Virus record (IMG/VR): IMGVR_UViG_2703719369_000026 | Strand: one strand, 5' to 3' | Origin: a virus | Lineage: Duplodnaviria; Heunggongvirae; Uroviricota; Caudoviricetes | DNA: 14,832 nucleotides | In this document: piece after piece, positions 1 through 6,274 of the stretch | Numbering within the stretch: position 1 is the first letter of the stretch | Layout of the letters: each line of letters begins with the position of its first letter | Program-made: the position numbers and the translations under genes | Notes under the pieces: model-generated | The model's database searches: none | The model's input: the letters and a program-made list of their open reading frames with translations, nothing else | What the model was told of the DNA's origin: nothing

Positions 1-1002
1 TTACCCTCTATTGTCAAAAGGGTTCAATTCAACAGCAGCCTCTAAATGACCTGGAGCAAAATGCGCATAACGCATAGTCATTTTTATATCGCTATGCCCC
101 AGTATTTTTTGCAACACAAGAATATTTCCACCCCGCATCATAAAATGACTGGCAAACGTGTGACGTAGCACATGAGTTAATTGCCCATCAGGAAGCTCGA
201 TCTTCGCTCTCTTAATTGCAGCGTCAAAAGCCTCATAACATGGTGAAAATAGCGCTCCTCGTTTTTTAGGAAGCATAGCTTGCAATTGAGGTGAAATCGG
301 TACAGTGCGGTTCTTCTTTCCTTTAGTTTTAACAAATGTGATTCGACCGGGCAGTACTTGAGATTGCTTTAATCCTTCTGCTTCACTCCACCGAGCACCA
401 GTCGCAAGCCCAATACGGACAACAACCCCCAAATCTTTATTCCGTGACTCATCACACGCAATCAGAAGGCGTTCAATCTCATCTACATACAGAAACGCCA
501 GTTCCTTTTCTTCCTCACGAAACTTGCGAATACCAGTCAGGGGGTTTTCACCAGACCACTCCCCAAGGCGCTTCAGTTCGGCAAAAACAGCATGTAGATA
601 TGACTGCTCGCGATTAACGGTTGCTTCACTAAGTTTTTTCTTCCCCTTGGGATTCCATTCTCCTGATAGCCTTCTTTCCCGATAAGTAGCAAACATATTT
701 TTGTCAAACTGAGAAGCAAATGGATCTCCCAGCCTGGAACAAATCGCCTCAAGTTTGACTTTGCGCTCTGCACCAGAGGACAAGGTTTTACCGTACATCT
801 CAAACCAACGAGCAATCAACTCAGAAAGACGAGGACCAGAACCATCTTGAAACTCGTCTCCAACTCTACTATTCATTAAACGGCGCTCATAAGAGAGCGC
901 CTCACTTTTTGTCGCAAACTGTTTACGAATGCGTTTTCCCGATGCCCCGTAGGGATAACATTCACAAAGCCATTTACCTGATGGAATCTTACGAACCGAC
1001 AT
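1..1002 (-). CDS. int: Tyrosine-type site-specific integrase (phage integrase family)
   Basis: Complete 333-aa ORF with the stop at window positions 1-3. The C-terminal catalytic region carries the tyrosine-recombinase signature (HVLRHTFASH ... LGHSDIKMTMRYAHF, i.e. the R/H/R/Y residues). Its ATG lies 5 nt downstream of the preceding gene's stop on the same strand, so it is probably co-transcribed. Confidence 0.9.
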   Translation of the reverse strand: MSVRKIPSGKWLCECYPYGASGKRIRKQFATKSEALSYERRLMNSRVGDEFQDGSGPRLSELIARWFEMYGKTLSSGAERKVKLEAICSRLGDPFASQFDKNMFATYRERRLSGEWNPKGKKKLSEATVNREQSYLHAVFAELKRLGEWSGENPLTGIRKFREEEKELAFLYVDEIERLLIACDESRNKDLGVVVRIGLATGARWSEAEGLKQSQVLPGRITFVKTKGKKNRTVPISPQLQAMLPKKRGALFSPCYEAFDAAIKRAKIELPDGQLTHVLRHTFASHFMMRGGNILVLQKILGHSDIKMTMRYAHFAPGHLEAAVELNPFDNRG

Positions 1003-1007
1003 TTTAG

Positions 1008-1355
1008 TTACTTATCACATAAATCAAATGCAGCCTTAGTGACATCCCCCAGACTCTTTTTTAACCCTGGGGCGGCATCATTATCTAGCCAAAATGGATT
1101 ATTGTTATCTAACGGTAACGCACCAAATGTTTTACCTTTTATTCGAGCCAAACCTGTAAGTGCATATAACTTATTATCGTCAAAATTCATCACATAAGGA
1201 TTACCATCAAGACACTGTAATTGAACCTCATCAGTATTAAATGGCCATACCCCATTGAAACTCTCACGTTCAATAGTTTTAAAAGGCATTGCGACGGCGG
1301 AAAAAGAAAACATAGATAAAAAAGTAACTAATAGTTGAACCTTTTTTACTTTCAT
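1008..1355 (-). CDS. Small secreted/periplasmic protein, possibly DUF2511/YebY-like
   Basis: 115 aa with a typical N-terminal signal peptide (MKVKKVQLLVTFLSMFSFSAVA) and two cysteines (QCLDG ... DLCDK) that could form a disulfide. GAGGT ribosome-binding site about 9 nt upstream. The family assignment is from memory of the YebY pattern and is not verified. Confidence 0.55.
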   Translation of the reverse strand: MKVKKVQLLVTFLSMFSFSAVAMPFKTIERESFNGVWPFNTDEVQLQCLDGNPYVMNFDDNKLYALTGLARIKGKTFGALPLDNNNPFWLDNDAAPGLKKSLGDVTKAAFDLCDK

Positions 1356-1384
1356 ATCATTACCTCAATTTAGCTCAAGTAAGA

Positions 1385-2035
1385 TTACAAATTAAAAAAC
1401 GCCCTAGAAATGACACCGCCTACCAAAACCCCTACGCAGATAAAGAATATTATTTCTTTTGGATAAAGTCGGATTAATTCTGAAGCACGAAGTCGGACTT
1501 CTGGTAAGGTCGAACTCTCTATGTGGCTTGATGCCGATTGTTGCTCTAACCACGACAATGCAGACTGTAACTGAGAACGAGTAAGATCGTTTAAACGTCC
1601 TGTACCGAAATTGATATGGCAATACCGCAGAAGTTTTTGTCGAAGTCCACAGTCTTCACTGTTACGTAGTAATAAACTTACAAGAGCCTTACAGGCATCA
1701 TGATCTTTACATCGCTCAAGCATTGCATGCAGAAAACTCTCCGCTGTTTTATATTGATTTACTGTCATATCATCAATACCAGCTACACCAATCTCCGCAT
1801 GTACTTTTTGCCAAATAATAAACGCTTCAGTATTGCTAGCTTCTGCAATAGCAGCAACCAAGCTATTTAGCTCCTTACGCTGAGCCTTAAGCAAAGGGCG
1901 ATCGTCATCATCATTATTCGAAGGGATTGCGATATTGACGGTATGAGAACCATCATATCGCTCTATCTGAATATTCTTTTCGTGAAAATCACGCCCAGCA
2001 ACGCGATTGTTTGAACCGTTTGAGTTGACGGCCAT
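1385..2035 (-). CDS. Hypothetical tail-anchored membrane protein (single C-terminal TM helix)
   Basis: 216 aa. The soluble N-terminal part includes a poly-Asp stretch (NNDDDDR), and the extreme C-terminus is about 20 hydrophobic residues (IIFFICVGVLVGGVISRAFF). Strong GGGAGGTG ribosome-binding site immediately upstream. The N-terminus repeats a motif found at the C-terminus of the upstream HTH protein. Confidence 0.6.
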   Translation of the reverse strand: MAVNSNGSNNRVAGRDFHEKNIQIERYDGSHTVNIAIPSNNDDDDRPLLKAQRKELNSLVAAIAEASNTEAFIIWQKVHAEIGVAGIDDMTVNQYKTAESFLHAMLERCKDHDACKALVSLLLRNSEDCGLRQKLLRYCHINFGTGRLNDLTRSQLQSALSWLEQQSASSHIESSTLPEVRLRASELIRLYPKEIIFFICVGVLVGGVISRAFFNL

Positions 2036-2050
2036 GTCACCTCCCTACTA

Positions 2051-2455
2051 TCACCTACCCTTAGTTTCGTTATAGTCACGACCAGCGATACGGTTATTAC
2101 CACCAGAAATATTTAACTCACGTCCTGATGGCTGAGTTTCCTTTTCACTGATCGCACCTTTTAAAGCCCCAATCACCGCGTTTTTCACATCTAACGAAGC
2201 TGCTCGAAAGCGAGTAATCAATTCCTGCTCATCATCGTTATAAGTTTCAGGTGAGTGAATTCCCAACACAACATACTGAACATCAAGGCCAAAACGAGAC
2301 AGCGCTGCCAAATACGCAGCATCAGGAAAGCTATCTCCTTTCTCATATCTAAGCTGAGTTAGCTTTTTGACTCCACCAATGTCGCTCATGGCAACTTGAC
2401 TAAGTCCCAATCTTTCCCTTTCCTCACGCAACCGCCGACCAATATCATTTTTCAT
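2051..2455 (-). CDS. XRE-family (Cro/CI-type) helix-turn-helix transcriptional regulator, candidate immunity repressor
   Basis: 134 aa. The N-terminal 65 residues fit the HTH_XRE pattern (IGRRLREERERLGLSQVAMSDIGGVKKLTQLRYEKG). It is first in the leftward operon and transcribed divergently from the rightward early genes, matching the position of P2 C or 186 cI. Confidence 0.8.
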   Translation of the reverse strand: MKNDIGRRLREERERLGLSQVAMSDIGGVKKLTQLRYEKGDSFPDAAYLAALSRFGLDVQYVVLGIHSPETYNDDEQELITRFRAASLDVKNAVIGALKGAISEKETQPSGRELNISGGNNRIAGRDYNETKGR

Positions 2456-2464
2456 ACAAAAACC

Positions 2465-2488
2465 TTGACAGGTATCTTTTTTGATACC
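2465..2488. promoter_or_regulatory. Candidate operator/promoter: TTGACA hexamer followed by a perfect inverted repeat GGTATC-TTTTTT-GATACC
   Basis: Read directly from the sequence: TTGACA at 2465-2470, GGTATC at 2471-2476, a T6 spacer, GATACC at 2483-2488. It lies in the 75-bp divergent region between the XRE repressor gene and the rightward genes. The -10 element and strand assignment are not resolved. Confidence 0.4.
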
Positions 2489-2530
2489 AAAATGATTTCA
2501 CGAGCTATTAGATGATCACAATATACCACT

Positions 2531-2737
2531 ATGAAACAAGTTCTTCACGATACCAGATCACGCATTCCGCGTAACACCGCCACAGGTCCAAGACTGGCAC
2601 TTCGGCTGTCCCTCGAGGAGCGAGCCGTCATTGATGAAATGGCAGCTAAAGAACAACGCTCATCCTCTAACATGGCGCGCATGATCTCCCTTCGCGGCCT
2701 AGAGCTAACCCAGAAAGAACAAAACAAATCTTCCTGA
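2531..2737 (+). CDS. Putative ribbon-helix-helix DNA-binding protein
   Basis: 68 aa with an RHH-like beta-strand plus two helices (RLALRLSLEERAVIDEMAAKEQRSSSNMARMI). No clear Shine-Dalgarno sequence, so it may be leaderless or weakly translated. Confidence 0.4.
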   Translation: MKQVLHDTRSRIPRNTATGPRLALRLSLEERAVIDEMAAKEQRSSSNMARMISLRGLELTQKEQNKSS

Positions 2738-2753
2738 TCAGGAGGCTAGTGGG

Positions 2754-2957
2754 ATGTCAGGTATAACCATCAATATCAATGTGAATGCCCCCTATGTATC
2801 CCTGCAGAAATATGCAGAGATAACAGGTATCCCTCTTAATACATGCAAAAAGATGTTGGCTGACGGTCGAATTATTATCCGCCCCAAACGCGCCAAAATG
2901 GAAAAGCCTGAAGTAAACCTTGTGGCGATGTTAAAAGACGCTTTGGCTAACAGCTAA
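2754..2957 (+). CDS. Putative Cox/Apl/Xis-like small HTH protein (excisionase or early regulator)
   Basis: 67 aa. AGGAGG ribosome-binding site 8 nt upstream. The motif YVSLQKYAEITGIPLNTCKKMLADGRI resembles the excisionase-type HTH. Its position, first clear rightward gene opposite the repressor, matches cox/apl. Confidence 0.5.
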   Translation: MSGITININVNAPYVSLQKYAEITGIPLNTCKKMLADGRIIIRPKRAKMEKPEVNLVAMLKDALANS

Positions 2958-2978
2958 AACAATGAACAGAGCACCATC

Positions 2979-3329
2979 ATGAAAAAAAACGCTAATAATC
3001 CATACTCCAAATTTCGTAATGGCGTAGAACGCCATGTACACCACGTCGCTACCAGTGCATCACGTAGTAACAGTCGCTATAACCTGAACGAGACGCATGC
3101 AACACCGGATGGCCACGCTGTAAAACAAATCGGCGAACATGCCTGGCTGATTGAGAAAGCTGGAATCGTGGTCCACAAATGCCCACGCAATCCGTTTACC
3201 GGGAACCGCATTTTTGCATTGAACTGCGGCGACAATCACTTCGGGCAGGATTTCACATTATACGAAGCACTTCGCACGGTTGATCGTCTGCTTCGCGGGC
3301 AAAGTTTTATTAAACAGGCTGATTTATAA
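2979..3329 (+). CDS. Hypothetical early-region protein
   Basis: 116-aa ORF in the rightward gene chain; no recognisable domain. Confidence 0.45.
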   Translation: MKKNANNPYSKFRNGVERHVHHVATSASRSNSRYNLNETHATPDGHAVKQIGEHAWLIEKAGIVVHKCPRNPFTGNRIFALNCGDNHFGQDFTLYEALRTVDRLLRGQSFIKQADL

Positions 3330-3339
3330 CAGGTGCTTT

Positions 3340-3618
3340 ATGACCAAAGAGCATGCACAAGGTGTATTTATCCGTTTTATTGATTTTCGCGGTGAACTGT
3401 TATTACGCGCATCAGCCATTGACGGAATTGTTCCATCCGAAAAAAACGCAGCTACTTACGTTTATCTGAACGGTACGCGCCTGACTGTGGAGCTTCCGTA
3501 CCAGACCGTACGAGAAATCATTAGCGAAGCTGAAAAGGCTCGTCAGGTTAATGGCGATGAACCCTATATCGAAATTATTTGTATGGATTCAGAAGCTGAA
3601 ATTCAGAAAGCAGATTAA
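3340..3618 (+). CDS. Hypothetical protein
   Basis: 92 aa starting at the ATG at 3340, which has an AGGTG ribosome-binding site. The longer 3280 start in the ORF track would overlap the previous gene by about 50 nt. Confidence 0.5.
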   Translation: MTKEHAQGVFIRFIDFRGELLLRASAIDGIVPSEKNAATYVYLNGTRLTVELPYQTVREIISEAEKARQVNGDEPYIEIICMDSEAEIQKAD

Positions 3619-3629
3619 AGGGCGTTGCG

Positions 3630-3872
3630 ATGGGCAAAGAATATAAAACTCTCATTAACAAAGCACCTGAACGATTTTATTTTCGCTTAAGTGCATCAGG
3701 CGCTCATGCTGAACGTGCAGCCCGTGACTCATTGACCAGGGCAATCCGGAGTTTGTATGACGTTGCTTTTTACGCTGATGATCTGGATGCACTTAACGAA
3801 CTTTCCGAGCTGATCTGTGCCGCAGAATGCGGGGAACACATTGAACCATATAAGCTGGGGAATATCGCATGA
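3630..3872 (+). CDS. Hypothetical protein
   Basis: 80-aa ORF. Its stop overlaps the next start (ATGA at 3869-3872). Confidence 0.5.
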   Translation: MGKEYKTLINKAPERFYFRLSASGAHAERAARDSLTRAIRSLYDVAFYADDLDALNELSELICAAECGEHIEPYKLGNIA

Positions 3873-3982
3873 GTATATTTATCTCATGGCTTGTTCTGAT
3901 TATTTCGGTGGCCTGCGCCATTGGGATTATGCGAATTATTCATTCAGTAAAAAAGATTGAACGCTTTTTCACTGACAAATAA
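3869..3982 (+). CDS. Putative 37-aa single-TM membrane peptide
   Basis: Not in the ORF track because it is under 60 aa. Translated by hand as MSIFISWLVLIISVACAIGIMRIIHSVKKIERFFTDK: a hydrophobic helix followed by a basic tail. Its start is coupled to the upstream stop (ATGA). Confidence 0.35.
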   Translation: MSIFISWLVLIISVACAIGIMRIIHSVKKIERFFTDK

Positions 3983-4074
3983 CAGCTTAAACAGAACACC
4001 AGATTAAACCCGAAAACCTGAAAACTATCCGCATTCGCGGAGGTATTCGCACACGTAAATAACGGAGATATAAA

Positions 4075-4491
4075 ATGAACGCAAAAGAAAAAAATATTAT
4101 CAATACATTAAAAATAGTGTCAGCAGAGCAAGACAAGCTGTCCAGGGCAGCCCAGAAAGATAATCAACATATGGCAGCGCTTTACGCACTGACCATCGCA
4201 ATAGCCACCCCTGAAGCAGCCAAAGTTATTGAGGAACAGAGCAAAGAAATCGACACTCTTAAAACACAGTCAACAGTTGCAGCCATGAATCCGTCCAGCA
4301 TTGGACGCTGCATTTATATTCTTGGTTCAGCAATGATGCTGCAATACACCATTATTGCCGAACTGCACGGCAAATACCTGATAACGCCTTACCACACAAA
4401 AGAGTCAGAGCTTCTGACAAATCTCCGCCTGATAGAACGCTCTCAAGCTGTATTCATTGATGACGCGCAACGTGCCGTATTTAACGCATAG
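4075..4491 (+). CDS. Hypothetical protein
   Basis: 138 aa with a GGAG ribosome-binding site; no recognisable domain. Confidence 0.5.
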   Translation: MNAKEKNIINTLKIVSAEQDKLSRAAQKDNQHMAALYALTIAIATPEAAKVIEEQSKEIDTLKTQSTVAAMNPSSIGRCIYILGSAMMLQYTIIAELHGKYLITPYHTKESELLTNLRLIERSQAVFIDDAQRAVFNA

Positions 4492-4514
4492 GGTTACTGG
4501 ACAAAGGGGGCGCA

Positions 4515-4718
4515 ATGGCAATTAAGCATTTTCCCGTCGTTCGCTTTACCTCCAGAGGGCGCGAATACGAGGTCGACGAACGCCTGATTACCACTATCGA
4601 CAAACATCGTTCGGAAAAGGATGCACACCACATCTACCTCACTGACGGCACTTACTTCTGCGCCACCAACGTGGCGCGAGTAAATCTTATCCGACAGGTA
4701 CAGGAGCCACGCAGATGA
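4515..4718 (+). CDS. Hypothetical small protein
   Basis: 67 aa with a strong AAAGGGGG ribosome-binding site. First gene of a three-gene translationally coupled chain. Confidence 0.5.
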   Translation: MAIKHFPVVRFTSRGREYEVDERLITTIDKHRSEKDAHHIYLTDGTYFCATNVARVNLIRQVQEPRR

Positions 4719-4981
4719 CCATTCTGGACTACATCGCTACTCATCCGGGGTGTAGCGGCGGAGAGATCGCCGCAGCACTGAATACCCCAACCACAGCCAT
4801 TAATGCTGAGTTACGCCGACTTTGGCGCGGCGGCTTAGTCATCAGAACAAACCGCAGCACAGGTGGTCGCGCTCGCAAAACAGGAGGCCAGGCTTCTTAC
4901 CACGTAAACCCGATGCCGTTCGGGTGTAGCAATCCACTTACTCACATGTTTAACCAGCTACTGAAGGAAGCCAGAGCATGA
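4715..4981 (+). CDS. Putative winged-helix DNA-binding protein
   Basis: 88 aa. AGGAG ribosome-binding site and ATGA overlap with the upstream gene. The N-terminal segment (DYIATHPGCSGGEIAAALNTPTTAINAELRRLWRGGLV) resembles a wHTH. Confidence 0.5.
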   Translation: MTILDYIATHPGCSGGEIAAALNTPTTAINAELRRLWRGGLVIRTNRSTGGRARKTGGQASYHVNPMPFGCSNPLTHMFNQLLKEARA

Positions 4982-5277
4982 GCACCATCAACCACCAGAA
5001 GCTACGCGAACTGGCATTTGCCCTGCAACGAATGGCAACGCCTCAAAAATTACTGGCATTTCGCGCAATGCTCTCGCCGTCTGCTGTGCTGGCACTGCTG
5101 GATCAGCTGGAGCACGCCAGAACCACGGCTCCTGCCATTCGCCTCACGCTCCATCATGAAATCGCTGATTTCTGCGCAACGCTGGGGGCACCTGGCGAAC
5201 CGGAAACGCCGGAAGCAATGCAGCAAGAGCTGCTGCAACGCATCGATAACGTTTTTGATTTTTTTCTGAACCAGTAA
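4978..5277 (+). CDS. Hypothetical protein
   Basis: 99-aa, helix-rich ORF with an ATGA overlap to the upstream gene. Confidence 0.5.
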   Translation: MSTINHQKLRELAFALQRMATPQKLLAFRAMLSPSAVLALLDQLEHARTTAPAIRLTLHHEIADFCATLGAPGEPETPEAMQQELLQRIDNVFDFFLNQ

Positions 5278-5399
5278 GAAACCAGAACATGCACACACAA
5301 AAAAACCGCTTGCCATGCCGCAATCGGTCAGGTTACATTTCCGCTGCACCTCATAAAACGGGTGCCGGGATTCTCAACCCGATACAGAGCAAAGCGCAT

Positions 5400-5420
5400 A
5401 ACCGCGCTAGCGGTTTTTTT
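5400..5420 (+). terminator. Candidate intrinsic terminator (hairpin plus T-run)
   Basis: AACCGC-GCTA-GCGGTT stem-loop at 5400-5415 followed by TTTTTTT through 5420. It lies about 125 nt downstream of the 4978-5277 gene. Confidence 0.45.
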
Positions 5421-5599
5421 GTGCGTACTGTATTGCCACGTCTTTTTCGCGTCAGAATTATGGCGGGGCGTACGGGGCCGACTTCGGTCGGGCCGGATTC
5501 TTTGCTCTCCGGTGTTGAGAACCCTGTACGTCTCGCCACCCCGAGATTCTCAACTCTGGATGGTGAGTTATTTCTATCACCGAGCAAAGAGGCCACACC

Positions 5600-5830
5600 A
5601 TGGCAGACCGCAAACAGCACCGCGCTATCGCGGAGCGTCGTCACATCCAGACTGAAATCAACCGCAGACTTTCCCGCGCATCACGCGTCGCGCAAATCAT
5701 GCACATCAATATGCTGCATGAGCGCAGCCACGCACTATCAAACATTTATTCCGCCTCTGTTTTCAGCTATCTGGCGGATGATCTGCACGAGTTTCAACAG
5801 CTCATCCAGCAGCAAAACAAACTCCATTAA
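5600..5830 (+). CDS. Hypothetical small basic protein
   Basis: 76 aa with an AAAGAGG ribosome-binding site 7 nt upstream. It is preferred over the overlapping 205-aa ORF at 5289..5906, which crosses the hairpin structures. Confidence 0.4.
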   Translation: MADRKQHRAIAERRHIQTEINRRLSRASRVAQIMHINMLHERSHALSNIYSASVFSYLADDLHEFQQLIQQQNKLH

Positions 5831-5902
5831 TTCCTGTTCCGGGCCTTTCCTGCACCTTGCGGCGGGAGGCCTTCGCACATCTGTAACAAGAGGATTGCCG
5901 CA

Positions 5903-6268
5903 ATGATTCTCGCCAACGACTTTCTTGAATACCTGCTCAACACAGAACGTGATCTTGCCGCTCGCGTGCGTGATCGTTATGACATGTACCTGAAATCCCT
6001 GCCTGTACCGCAGCTCGCTGACGGAAAGATTGTTATTGATGGTCGCTACATGATTGACAGCCACGAGGGAAATTACAGGCTTTACCGCATTGAAGGTGGC
6101 ACCCCGTCCGTTATTGGCATTTACCAGCGCCCATCCTCTGCAATCGTCGATGTGATTGCCGACAGCATCCGCATCACACATCGCCATGCCGACACAGAAG
6201 ACACCGTGCTGGAAATTCAGCGGCTGGCTACAGCCTGCCGCGACACCCTGAATGGCATGACGAAGTAA
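5903..6268 (+). CDS. Hypothetical protein immediately upstream of the replication initiator
   Basis: 121 aa with an AGAGGA ribosome-binding site. It sits where P2 carries gene B, but no similarity to B was recognised. Confidence 0.5.
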   Translation: MILANDFLEYLLNTERDLAARVRDRYDMYLKSLPVPQLADGKIVIDGRYMIDSHEGNYRLYRIEGGTPSVIGIYQRPSSAIVDVIADSIRITHRHADTEDTVLEIQRLATACRDTLNGMTK

Positions 6269-6274
6269 ATCACT

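Noticed and set aside
573-815. 80-aa ORF nested inside the integrase gene
   Set aside because: It is fully contained within the well-supported integrase coding region in another frame and has no independent support.
1404-1622. 72-aa ORF nested inside the 216-aa membrane protein gene
   Set aside because: It overlaps the 216-aa gene entirely in another frame and has no independent support.
5289-5906. 205-aa ORF on the plus strand
   Set aside because: It reads straight through the terminator-like hairpin and the UUCG hairpin, is Arg/Ser-rich, and overlaps the better-supported 5600-5830 and 5903 genes in other frames.
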